Of a stretch of 64,000 nt of DNA, positions 14,256-27,280 are shown piece by piece. The notes beneath the pieces are model-generated. The model was given only the letters and a program-made list of their open reading frames with translations. It was not told the origin of the DNA and made no database searches. Made by a program: the position numbers and the translations under genes. Source of the DNA: Geosiphon pyriformis uo1. Taxonomy: Eukaryota > Fungi > Glomeromycota. Each line of letters starts with the position of its first letter. Position 1 is the first letter of the stretch. Location of the stretch: the NCBI GenBank assembly GCA_016748015.1, contig JAAOMT010000690.1, forward strand, positions 434,001 to 498,000. Reading direction: 5' to 3'.

Positions 14256-16052
14256 TGAGAAGGGAGTTGAAAGTTCACACCACCAGCCAAAACCGAACTT
14301 TCAAAACGAGCAGACAAGCTTAACACAGATTTGGAAAGTCCTTCTAACATATTTTTCAATCTGGTAACTTGGGAGGACATTGATGAGTCCACAATCACAG
14401 CAGTTTCATCACTAGTGGTCTTACTCAAAACTGCTCCCATTACTATATCACCCTCCAGATTCTGTGATGAGGGGGTTACCAGCAGCTGACATCCAGGACT
14501 AGGCTGGGAAACTGCCAGCATGAGTGAATCTAACCTCTTAGCCAACTCACCAATTTGTTTCATGAGGCTGATGAGACTGCTTTTAATACCGACTAGATGT
14601 TTTTCTAATTCATCTACAACAGAAGGAAAAAGTTCACCATTGACAATAAAACCAAATCATGACTTGTTACCAGAAAGGAGAGGAGCAGAAGAAGCACCAG
14701 CAACTGATGTCCAAGTTTTACCACTGAATGCCAGAGGACAGGAGATGAGAGCAGATTTCTTTACATAAATCCTCGCCAACCTGAGCTGGTCCTAAGCCGA
14801 AAGGGAAGCCCTTTTGCCACTTGGAAATGCAGCATCCTTGACAGACCTACAACTAAGAGATGTATGACCAAAATTCTTGCAAACTGTACATGATGCCAAA
14901 GAAAGACGAGACCAGCAGAGACCAACACCCTTTATAACCAGAGTCACTGCTATTGCATTAACCAAATCCAATTCAGAACCAAAACACACAGAGGCACAAC
15001 AGGCACGAGAATAATTCGAGGGATTGCGATCAATGAAGCAAGTTTTTCCACCAATAGAACCAATAAAGTCCCACAAATCATGAGCTGTGGTTTCCACAGG
15101 GAGAGTATGTAGCAGAGCCCTAAAATTATCTCTGGCATCCCATGATTGTTTGTCAATATTAGTCCTGGCTACACAAACCACATCTTTTCTGATGAGAATA
15201 GACCACTTAGAAGCCAATAACTCAGCTTGTGTCTGATCTTCTAATTTGATGATTGCCTTTTGCCACAAACCCACCAACTGTATTTTGATTGCCTTAATCC
15301 TCTCAAATTCAGACACTGCAGTATGCACAGTCTCCACAGAAGTTTTTACAGGAATTTCTTTCAATACAATAGCCTGATTCGTACGATTGTTTACTAGATG
15401 CTTAAAATCGGTGTTTACCACAACACCATAATCATTTGCCAACTTCCCAGCAGCCATCATTGCCTTTTCTAAAGTGAAAGTTACACAAATAACTCCACCA
15501 AATTTTAAGGAAATAGAAGCTCCTCCCAAAACCATTTACATTTAAAAAAATTTTCCTGATAAAACTCAATTTTTCCTAAGAAGACCTCCCAGCAATGGCC
15601 ACAAGATCAATATCTAAAGCAAATAATTTGCGAACAGGCACTTGAACAGATAGTTTGATAGGTAGAAGGGGCAGGAAAAGAAAGGAATCATCTAACATGT
15701 TATTATCTGTATTGACAATACCATAATCAATCACACCCAGAGGCTTCTCTAATATCTTTTTGGTCTTCACACACAAATTTTTTGGCATTTGATTAGGATC
15801 CCCTTCCATAAAAGCACTATTTTTACCATAGTCAATACTGGTTTCCTTAACTAAGCACTCCTTTTTCATGTTAATACTTTCAGACTCAGTAGTGTCATCT
15901 GTCTCAAAACTCCATAAATGAGCACCAGAAGCTTTAGCAGCAACCTCTCTATTATTAATATCTTCTGTCAGTACACTTCTCTTCCTCTTCTTTCTTGACA
16001 CAGCCACCTTGAAACCACCTTCAAAACCAGAAACTTTAATAGTCTTCTTCAT
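14252..16052 (-). pseudogene. LINE ORF1 (nucleic-acid-binding protein with a CCHC zinc knuckle), broken into 3 ORF-track pieces
   Basis: Pieces are 16052-15576, 15535-14792 and 14563-14252. Contains the knuckle CTVCKNFGHTSLSC and a coiled-coil-like C-terminus (VTRLKNMLEGLSKSVLSLSARFES). Confidence 0.85.
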
Positions 16053-16810
16053 AACAGCAATAACAAGGCCAACAGTGGCTTCGTAATCAAAGAATGATTT
16101 TGATTTATCGTACTAAATGGTAAAAAACTTCTTTTGAAAAAACTTTTGACTCTTTTTTGGGAATTTTGGATGAAGGAGAAAAAGAAATTTTTGATGATAA
16201 TTTTATTATTAATTAATTTTTTTTAGTAATAATATTAATTTTTTATAATTAGTATATATATCAAATTCTTAATATAAATATTTTTTTTATTTAATTATAG
16301 TTTAATAAATTGCTAAGTATTTTAATATTGAAGTTTTGTAGTTTTTTTTAGTTAAATTTAAGTTTTAACTAATAAATATTACTAAATGCTTTTATTTTTT
16401 TGGTTTATGCTGTAATAATATTATTTCTAATATTATATTAAAAATATTTGTAATAATCATAAATTATTTATTATAATTTAAATATATTAAACTTAGAACT
16501 TATATTAATTTTTGTTTTAATATCTTAAATATTTATTGTTATATATCTGTTTATTTATATTATATATTTTTGGCTTGAAATTGATAAATTAATTAAACAA
16601 TACTAAAAAATTTTAAATAAATTTTTAATAATATTCAGCTAATTTCAGAAAGCTTTTAAGTTCTGTTAAGTTTTAAAATCCTAAAAAGTTTTTAATTTTT
16701 TTAATTTTATTTAAATTAATTTTAATGCTTTTTTTTCAATTATATGTTTTAAAAATTTGAGTATTGTCTTTTTAAAAAATAATTTGTTAGTATTTAATTT
16801 TAATTTAACT

Positions 16811-18949
16811 TATTTTTTTATTTTTATTTTATAAGTAAAGCCCAAATACTACCTAATACAATACATTAAATTAAGTAATTTAAACTAAATATGAATCATG
16901 TATTTTTTATATATAATTAGCTACTTAGGCCAATTAAAACAACACTATAAATTTATTTTAACAGAAATTGCATAATTAATACCAGAAAAAAAATTGCAAA
17001 GTTTATGTAAATTAAAACCAATATTATATGTTTTCATAATTTTAAGCAATCTAACAACATTATTAGAAAGCAAAAAGAATAGACTATAGACTATTGAAAA
17101 CATAAAATCATTTTATATAATCAAAATATTTCTTTTTATATATGTTTTATACTTAGATCTTATTAATTATACTTCAACATGATAAGCTATTTTTAAGCTT
17201 TATACTAAATCAATAATTTTCTTGTTAACAGTCTTAAAACAGCCAAAAACAAACACAGTCTCTAAATATTATTTTCTAAACATAGAATTTTTATATAAAA
17301 CAATATATATAACATTATTAAACATATATAAAAAAAGTAATTATAAGATATAAAATAATAATAAGTTCAAGTTTGATATAGAATTTCACTAAGCCAAATA
17401 TGTATTAAGTAGATTTTTGCAAATAGCAGAATTTATTTCACATGTAAAAAAATGATTAGAAAGTTTTATTTGTTTACAATAGAAACATAATACACTAAGA
17501 TACTTTCTATTATACAAATATTTATATATAACAACTGACAAATAACAATATAAAATCTTCATAAAATATGAACATAAACCAATAATAGTTTTATTTATAA
17601 AACCAGAAATTATATACAAGTTTGGATATTAAACTAATAATGTCTAAATTCAATCTACATTTCTAATTATATTCTTATTAATAATATTAAATTCAGGTCT
17701 AATCTCTTAACAAGCATGATTAAACATTCCAAAAATATTATGAAAAAAATAACAAGCATTTTTAATATTACTAATAGAATTTTAGTTATTAAATTAGCAT
17801 GAAATTATTCTTATAATTTTTATTATTAATTAGGATATATTAATATTATTTCAATTATCACTTATAATATTAATTAAATTATTAAATATTACTATTTAAT
17901 TAATAATCTAATTTGTAAAATAAAAATTAAAATGATTAAATTACATAATAATCTAAACTTTGTAATATTCAAGAATTCACTAAAATTTGTAGAAATTCGC
18001 AAAATATTTTAATAGTTCACTAAAATTAGTTATAATTCACAGAAAACAATTTGTAGTTTGTCAAAATATATCTTTAATTTCTTGAAATTAGAGCAAAAAA
18101 AAAATTCAAGTTTATAAACTAATATTATAAAAGTTGTATAAAAAAAAAGTTTTTTTCTTTGAAAAAATATAATTTACTTAAAATTATCTTACTTTTAATA
18201 TATTTTTATTATTATTGTTCAAATAAAAACATACTTTAAAAATCAATTCTCTAATTATTTGTACTTAAAATTTTCTGAAATCTAACTAATGTTTTGAAAT
18301 TAATTAGTTACTAATTTCAATAGTCTATTAGTAATTTCAGACCTAAATAGAAAATAATTCTTTTAACAAAATTTTATTTTTTTTACAATTCTTTTATTTT
18401 TTTTATTATAATTATTAAAATAGCTTACAAACAAGATTCTTATAGAAGAATTGATTTTATTGTAAAGTAACTATATATTTTAATGAGTTTTTAAATAAGC
18501 AATTTCTGAAAAAAAATTGATATTTATTACAACATAACTATATAAAATAATTAATATAAAATTGGTTATTTTACTTATAAACTCAGCAGTTTAAATTATA
18601 AAAGATAATTTAAAAATAAATTTAGTTATCAAAGATTCAATTATTTTTAGAAAATGTAGATTTATAGCAAATAAACATTAACAACATTTAAAGAAAGAAA
18701 CCAAAAACTTTTTGTAACACCAAACACAACTATTTTTCTAGCTTTAATGTATTTTTTCTTGACAAAAACAAAAAACACCAAATTTGAACATAAAATTAAG
18801 TTGGTTATCTTATCAGTATACTTATTATTTAAGATACTTGAATAGTTTTTTACTTTGAATCAAAAAATAATAAGTTTTTTATACCTAATAAAGTTTATAA
18901 TACAGTGTTTTTTAAGCAAACAATAATTATAAAAATCTGATAAGATTAT
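16811..18949 (-). mobile_element. Degenerate LINE 3' fragment, interrupted by a solo LTR at 17766-18719 and cut by the LTR of element B
   Basis: 16830-17765 and 18720-18949 are colinear with 9475-10620 and with the reverse complement of 43680-44790. A T-rich tail lies at ~16811-16830. Confidence 0.88.
17766..18719 (+). mobile_element. Solo LTR (~950 bp) of the element-B family
   Basis: Ends are TATTAC (decayed TGTTAC) and GTAACA. Flanks TTAA/CCAA fit a 4-bp TSD with C>T decay. It aligns over its whole length to the reverse complement of 18950-19925, and LINE sequence rejoins across it. Confidence 0.85.
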
Positions 18950-21900
18950 TATTATTAAAGGTTTTTGGTCTCTTTTTTTGAATATTGTTAATGTCTGTTT
19001 GTTGTTAATTTACATTTTTCTGGAAGTTAGTAAATTTTTAATAATTGAATTTATCTTCAAATTATCTTCTATAATTTAAACTATTGGGCTTATATGTAAA
19101 ATAGCCAATTCTGTACCAATTATTATATGTAGTTACTTTGTAATAAAAGTTAACTTTTTCTCAAGAATTGCTCATTTAAAAGCTTACTAAAATGTGTAGT
19201 TACTTTGTTGTAAAAATCAATTTTTTTATAGAAATCTTGTTTGTAGACTATCTTAATAATTATAATAAAAAAAATAAAAAAAAATAAAAAAATTGTAAAA
19301 GAAATAGAATTTTGTTAAGAGAATTGTTTTCTGGTTTAGGCTTAAAATCACTAATGGATTACTAAAATTGGTAACTAATTAATTTCAAAATATTAGTTGA
19401 GTTTTTGGAAATTTCAAATGTAAATAGTTAAGGAATTTGGTTTTCAAATATTTGATTTTTATTACTTTTTGTAAAGCTAATTAATGTAAATTAAAATGAT
19501 TTTGAATAAGATAAAATATGATATATTTTCTCAAAAAAAAAAGCTTTTTTTATATAACTTAATGTAGTATTAATCTATAAACTTGAACTTTTTTCTTTGT
19601 AATAATTTTAATAAACTAAAAATATATTTTAACAAATTACAAGTTATTTTAATGAACTATTAATTATTTTGGTGAATTATCTATTATTTCAACAAATTTT
19701 TACAAATTTCAATAAATTTTTAAATGTTACATAGTTTGAGATATTGTATAATTTGATTATTCTAATTTCTATTATATAAATTGAATTATTAATTAAATGA
19801 TAATATTCAATAATTTAATTAAATAATAAGTAATAATTTGAAATAATATTAATATATGCTAATTAATAATAAAAGTTATAAGAGTAATTTCATGTTAGTT
19901 AATAGCTAAAATTATACTGATAACATAATCTCCTCCTTAAAACTGAGTTTTATCAAAGTCCAAGTATTATTTGTAATATTAAGATAGTAATCCAAGATAA
20001 TTGAAGTAATCTGGTCTGAAAATTGTTGAAATTTTAGTTCTGTGAACTTTTTAATGTATTGAATCTTCATTGGATGAAATATTAGATTTTGTAGGACATT
20101 TTTACAAGTATTAAATAAGTTATAGAGTCTAAAAGCTGTTTTCAGTTTGTAGTGAGTGTTTATTAGTCCAGCTACTGTCTTAAATTTATTGTGAATTTGT
20201 TTTTGTATAGTTTCAGGAGTGATATTTGTTGCTTCAAGTTCTAGTTTTTATTCATAAAGTGTTTTTTTAATATAAAAGTATCTATAAATAAGGATATGTT
20301 TATTGTTCTGTTCATTGAAAAATAGTAGAAGTTTTTGTTAAATTATAGCATTTGGTGAAATGTCAATAGACACAAATAAGAAGTTTTTTTTTAAAGCTTG
20401 CTTTAAAAGTTCTGATAGTTGACTTCCAGAATAATTTCTGGTTTTTTTTTTATAAGGGTAATACTTTTGTGAATTGTTTACTATTGGAACTGTAGTTTTT
20501 TTTTAAATATAATTAATTTGACTTCTATTAATTGTTATGGATAAGTCAGAAAGTGTTTTTAAGACTAACATTAATTTTTAGGATATTTGTTGAATATTTT
20601 GGAGAATAATTATAATAAAATAACTAACTAATAAAATTTTGAAAAAGAATAAAGAAAATTATTTTTGGGTATAAAGTTTTATTTGTTTTTGGGTTTGTGT
20701 GTTTTTTGTAATTATTTACTATTTTTGTTTTATGTTTTGTATATTATTAAAGAGATTATTGTAAAAATGTTAAATTAAATGTTCAAGTTTGGTTGTTGTT
20801 CTATTATAATTATTGGTTCTAAATTTCAGAAAATCTCTTTAGGATTAATTAAAGAGAAATGTGTACTAATTTGTAAAATTAATGGTTTAGAATTTGTTTT
20901 GAAATAATAGTGTTTTAATCAATCTTTATATATAATTTTTACTAAAACTTTGTCATCAAGTCTTAATTTATAAAATTCATTGCCTAGAATTTTATGAATA
21001 TAAAATAGTTTATCTTATTTATGTTCAAATTTTCCACTCTATTGTTTTTTAGTTTTAGTTCTGTATAGAAGAACTTTATTTCCAACTTTGAATTCATTAA
21101 TGACAGATAACAATTTGTTATTATGCTGTTTTTTTTGTTGAGCTTGAAAGTGTTCAATATAAGTGGTTGTAATTCATCTTTTTTTTTCTAAGATGCTAAA
21201 AAGTGTATAGGCTCTTTATTGAAGTGTTTCTTGGAAATTTTTTTCTGTAATAAGTTGTACTGGATATGTTTTTACTGTAAAATTAATTGGTAATATTGCT
21301 GTTCTTCATAAATTAGGTGAAATGATATATGTTTTATAGTATCTTGTTTTAGTATTCTATATGCTAGTAACACTAATAAAATAAAAATATCCTATTTTTG
21401 TTCAAAGTTAGTTGAGACTTTGGTTAAAAATTCACACAATATTCTGTTGAACTATTCTATAAGTTTATTTGTTTGTAAATAGTAGAGTGATAATAGAGGT
21501 TTTTTGATATTGAATTGTTTACAAATTTTTTGTATCAAGTTGTTCACAAAATGTGTTCCTTGATTAGATAAAAGTTCATTTAAACATCCATGTCTGCAAA
21601 TAATGTTTTTATATATAAAATTTGCTACTGATTTTGCATTTGCTCTTTGGATGGCTTTAGCTTTAAGCCATTTGGTAAAATAATCTACTATAACTGCAAT
21701 ATAACAATTTCTTTGGATTGTGATAGATAATAATTTGACCAAATTAATTCCAACTTTGTCAAAAAGTTGTTCAATTTTGATTGGATTTAAAGATTCTGTG
21801 GAGTGAATTTCTTTTCTTCTTTAACAACTATCACAAAATTTTACATATTGTCAAATGTCTTTTTGTATATGGGGCCAAAAATAATGTTCAAGTGTTTTTT

Positions 21901-24061
21901 GAATTATTCCATCTCTTTTTAAGTGTAATAAAGAAAGATCTGTATACATGTTATATAAGATTGTTTCTTTTTTATTCTCTTGTATTAATCTGAGTAATTT
22001 GTTTGAATTTTGGCAATTTTTATAATAGATTTTGTTATAGTGAATAAAGTATTGTTTTGCTTGGTGTTGTAATTGGTGTTTTTTGCTTGAAAACCAATTT
22101 TTTGACATTATAAGAGTTTTTAAATAGTTTTTAATGTTGTTATAATTTTTGGTATTTATTATTGTTTGATTATTATTGTTAATAGATTGTTAAGTTGTGG
22201 TAAAATTGTTGTTAGTATTAATTTTGTCTTATTCTCAAAAGACTATTAATATTAATGTGTAGTTTTTTTGGTTTGTAATATACAATATATTTGTAGTCTA
22301 CTAAGAAATTATTCTATTGAAACTGTTTGGCACTTTGTTCAATTTTTTTTTATTAAGCCATTTGAGGCCAATATTGTCAGTTATGATGTTAAATTCTTTT
22401 CTATTTTTTAGATATTGTTAAAAGTGTTTAAGAGTTTAAATGACTGTAGCAGCTTCTAATTCTGTCAAGCCATATTTGAGTTCTGTTGATTTAAGTGTTC
22501 TATTAATATAGGCAATAACTTGCTCCTGGCCTTTTTTATCCTATTGTGATAGAATGATACCAAATGCTATATGTAAAGCATTAGTGACTAATTAAAACTA
22601 TTTATTAAAGTTTGAGTAAGCAAGAACTAGGGCTGTTGTCAATTTTGTTTTAAAGGTTTTAAAGACTTTCTGTTGTTCTTCAGTCCATTAATATGGCACA
22701 TTTTTGTTGGTAAAATAATTGAATGGTTTGGCAATTTTTGAGAATTTTTTTATGAATTTTTGATAGTAGAAGACTAATCCTACAAATTCTTATAATTTTG
22801 TGGTATTTTTGGAAATTGGAAAGTTTTCGATAGCACTAATTGTTTCAGGATTGGTTTGACTCCATTTTTGCTAACAATGTGTTCAAGAAAAATTAAACTT
22901 GTTTTTTCAAAATGACATTTCTTAATATTCAACTTCAATTTTGCTTTTTGTAATTATTAAAAAACTTTTCATAGGTGAATAAGATAAGCTTCAAAACTTA
23001 ATGAGTATACATCAATGTTATCAAGATAGACAATTATTGATTGCCATAAGAGTTCTTCATATACAACATCTATAAGTTGCTAAAATATTGCTGGTGTATT
23101 GCAGAGTTCAAAAGGCATAACATTAAATTTGTAGTTTTTTTTTTGGATAGTAAATGCTGTTTTGGGCCGATCTTTTGGGTCTATTTTGACTTGTTAATAT
23201 CCACTTTTCAAGTCTAAAGTTAAAAAAAACTTGGCTTTTCCTAAAGCATCTAGCATGTCATTGATTTTTGGAAGAAGGTAGGCATCTTCAATTGTCATAC
23301 TATTTAGTTAGTGATAGTTAACACAAAATCTGATTTTCCTATTTTTTTTTTAACTAGAACTACTGGTAAGATCTAAAAACTTCTTGATAATTAAATTAAT
23401 CCATTATTGAGCATTCTTTGGACTTTTTTTCTAATAAATTGGTGGCTGGCAGATGACACTTAATAAGCTTGTTGACATTTTAGTAAAGCATCTCCTGTGT
23501 GGATTTAATGTTGAACAATATTAATTTTTCCAAAATTATTGTTATTTTTGGCAAATATATTGGTATACTCAGCAATTAGCTGTTTTAATTGTCTTTGTTA
23601 TAATAGTTTTAAGGGACCTATGTTAATTCAAGAGAGTTTTTCTTCTAAGATATGATAGTTTTTAGTAATAAAAGTAATGTTTAGGTTTAGATGTAAGATA
23701 TGTCTTACAATTTCAATAAAATTGCTAATAATTTAAAAGGTTTCATTTTGAAAGATATTGTTATATATGATTCTAATTTCTAATTTATTTAATAAAACAA
23801 TGGGGTAATTGTTGGAGTTGTAAAAAGTAACTCAAAATTTTTTCATTTTTTTGGGAATATAAACATTTGGAATTGAAATTTTATGCTTTAAACAGATTTG
23901 TTTATTGGATTCAAAAATTTATTGAGTGATAGTAGGCTTTGAACAAGTGTAAATTTCATAATGTTTTCCAAAAAAAAAATGGTAATTGGTTGAAAAAGTT
24001 AAAAAACCTGGTAAGATTCATTTTGTGCATTAAAAGCTATGTTTACTGAGACTATGAATTA

Positions 24062-24485
24062 TCCAGTTAAATCAAAACCTTGTGTTTCTCTTTTACTTTT
24101 GTTTAATTGTTCTTTGTTACTAACTGATTATAATTCTAAAATATTGATTAAGAGTAAGTAAATTGCTTAAACAATTTTTTTAGCATGTTTTATTCTGAAT
24201 GATTTTTCAGTTTTATTTTGTAATATGATAGTGATGTTTTTAGTATAGTTTGTATCTATAACTCCTTTTTTAATATTAATTCTTTTGCTTGCCAATAATA
24301 ATCTGGATGCAATTTAAATCATTGTTTTTGGTAGTATTTCAAGAGCAATTTTGAGGTTGATTTTTGTTAAAAATTTTGGTTGGAGAACCAAAGTATTTTT
24401 TCCTGAGTATTGTAAATTATATCTAGTATTTATATTATAAACTTTTTCTGGTTTAATTTCTTGACTATTATTATTGAAATATTTG
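24062..24485 (-). pseudogene. dUTPase domain within the pol region of element B
   Basis: Hand translation gives PEKVYNINTRYNL, IASRLLLASKRI, KGVIDTNYTKNI, KKIV*AI and KRETQGFDLTG. These are the five trimeric dUTPase motifs (AGYDL, RSS, GVIDxxYxG, IAQ, RGxxGFGSTG) in order and spacing, altered mostly by G>A/C>T. Confidence 0.88.
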
Positions 24486-25469
24486 AGTTGTAAGGCTGGT
24501 TAATTTTCAGTAAAATAGATTGAAATTATTGTAATTTCTTCTTTTGACTTATGTTTTTCAAACTTGATTTTCTTTTAATCATTTTTGTTGGACAAAAAAT
24601 GTTAAGAGCATAGCATTCTGAACACCATTTGTTATCACAAGGCATGAATTATTCTTCACACAATTGAATGTTTATTTGCTCTAATTGTTAAATTTGAGCT
24701 TTTTGAGTTGAATAAGTGTGGTTTGCAATTTGGTGATAGGTTTCCATTTTATTTTCATAGTTAAATCTAGCTAATTTTATAGTATATTCAATGTATTTGG
24801 CTTCTTTCATTTGGTAGACATCTTTCTGAGTTTTTTTATTAATCAGAACCATGACCAGTTTATAGATTATCTTAGCATCATGTAAATAATAATAAAGTTT
24901 GTTAAGAGTACTGTTATAAGCAGTATTGAATAGTGTTTCTTTTTTTACTTTTTTTGCAATAAATAGAGTGTATTGACAAGTTTGGTCACATATTTTTCCT
25001 TTTATTGTAATGTTAATCTAGTTGTATTTTTCTGGTAGTATTTCTCTACATGTGAAACAAGGAGTGTTGTTCTATTTTTTATTTTATTTGGAGTATTCAA
25101 ATTGTTCTCTATAATAGGCTTTGCAAAAGTAGTAGATATAAGTTTCATATTCTTTTTCTGAAAATATGTATGCTCCTATTAACAAAAGTTTTTTTTTGCA
25201 ATCTTTACATTTAAGTAAAATGTAAGATGGTTGTTTTTATGGTTCTGGTATAAAGTATCAAACAACATTTTATCCTCTGGTTTTCTTAAAGATTTTTTGT
25301 TCTGTTTTCTCAGCCCAATTAAATATTGATCCAAGAGCCATATATGTTTTAGTAATTGGCATTTTTTTTTTCTCTTCAAATTCGAATACTAGGGCTTTTT
25401 CAGATCATTTATTAAAAGTACCACAGATGATAGGTACTCTGATGTATTGTTCTTGGTATGAAATTTTTA

Positions 25470-27280
25470 GTTCTTGGGTTTCTCAATCTAGATTTACATT
25501 GGCCTTAAGAAGCCAATTATTTCCGACAAGAGCTTGGTATTAGGATACATCTATGACTAAAACTTTAACTAAAATAGTAATTTCATTAATAGTAAATAAG
25601 AAGTTGTTAATTTCTTTTACTGAGATTTTTTTTATATTATCTGCTGTAACAATAACTGTTTGGACAGATCTGTCAACAGTTTATTAAAGTTATTGTATTA
25701 ATTGATAAGTGATGATACTACTAGTGAATCTACTGTTTAGGATCAATCAAATTGGTTTTCCTTCTATTTTAGCTTCAATATATATTGCTGTAATTGCTTT
25801 TTGTTCATTAACTGCTGCATTACTAAACAAGAATGGTAATTTATTGGCTTCAAATTCGAATGAAAATATATTTGAGAGGTTAACATTTTGAGCAATTTAA
25901 TCTGATAAGATAGTATTGTTGGAAGAGTTTGATTTTGGTGTTGTAGCTTTATCATTAAAAAGTGCAGTTTATTGAAAATTCTGTTTTTTAGACATGATTA
26001 AATAACTTAGTTGTGTATAATAGTAATTAGATCTTTGCTGACCAGAATTTTGGAGAACTAACTGGTTTTTTGGGTTGATTCAGTTGTTATTATTCTGTAA
26101 TCAATTTTAAGGTGTGAATTAGTTTTGTTAAACTAATCTTCAAGCAGGTATTTGATATTGTTAAGTAGATGGTGATTAATATTGCTGAGCTAGTAAAGGT
26201 TGTTGATATTGCTATTATATTAGTTATAAAACAAATTGATAGTAACTGTATTAATTTTGTAATCTTGATGGGTAATAAGTTGGTAGTAGAAGTTAGTAAT
26301 AAAATTGTTATGGTAAAGAGTAACATTAATTACTCCTGTTTTTGTTGGTCTTGTTGTAATTTTCTGCAATCTTATTTTTAATGTCTTATTCTTGTGTTTA
26401 TTAGTCTAAGTTTGTATTAGTTTTAAGAAGCCAATTATTTCTAATAAGAGCTTAATATTGGAGTGCATTTATGACAAGAACTTTAATTAAAATGGTGATT
26501 CTATTAATAATAAAAGAAAAGTTGTCAATTTTTTTCACTGAGATATTTTTCATACCATTTGTAATAACAATAACTGTTTGGCAGATCTGTTAACAGTTCA
26601 TTAAAGCTGTTATATTAATTGATAAGTAATAATACTATCAGTAGATTTATTGTTTAGAATTAATTAAATTGGTTTTTCTTCAACTTCAGCTTCAGTATAT
26701 ATTGTTGTAAATATTTTTTGTTTATTGACTACTATATTACTAAGTAGAAATAATGATTTATTGGCCTTAAATTTGAATAGAAATATATCTAAAAAATTAA
26801 CATTCTGAGTGATTTGGGCTAATAAAATAATATTGTTGAAAAAATTTAATCTTGATACTGCAACTTTACTTTTAGAAAGTACAGTTTGTTAAAAATTCAA
26901 TTCTTTTAACATTGTAAAATAACTGGGTTGAGTATAATAATGTATAAGTTTTTACTAAACTGAGTTTTGGAAAACTAATTAGTTGTTGTAACTAAATCAA
27001 TTATTATTGAAAAACTGATTTTGTAATATAAATTGGTTTTGTTGAATCAATTTTTAAACAAGTATTTGATATTGCTAAGCAGATGGTTGTTAATACTGTT
27101 GTTAAATAAGTTGTGCAGCAGATTAATAATAATTATTTTGGTATTGGAGTCTTAATAAATAATAAGCTAGTGAGAAAGATTGGTAATAAGATTATTGAAA
27201 TTAAGAATAACATTAATTATTTTTTTGTTGTTAGTCTTATTGTATTTTTTGGCAATTTTGTTTCCAGTATCTGAAAATTT
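25470..27280 (-). repeat. ~0.92 kb tandem duplication of the gag-end/aspartic protease segment of element B
   Basis: 25505 ttaagaagccaattatttccgacaagagc matches 26423 ttaagaagccaattatttctaataagagc. Colinearity continues to 26350 ttgttgtaattttctgcaat versus 27237 ttattgtattttttggcaat. Confidence 0.85.

Larger units (their letters stand above)
9461..16194 (-). mobile_element. Full-length (~6.7 kb) non-LTR retrotransposon, L1-like architecture with RNase H; inactivated by stops and frameshifts
   Basis: A 10-bp TSD, TGATAATTTT, lies at 9451-9460 and 16195-16204, with a short poly(A) at 9461-9466. ORF1 and ORF2 fragments are in the expected order, and the 3' UTR is shared with other copies in the window. 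Confidence 0.95.

Noticed and set aside
17766-19925. DNA transposon or foldback element with long terminal inverted repeats
   Set aside because: Each arm has LTR-type termini, one abuts a PPT, the other has its own TSD, and the spacer is LINE sequence.
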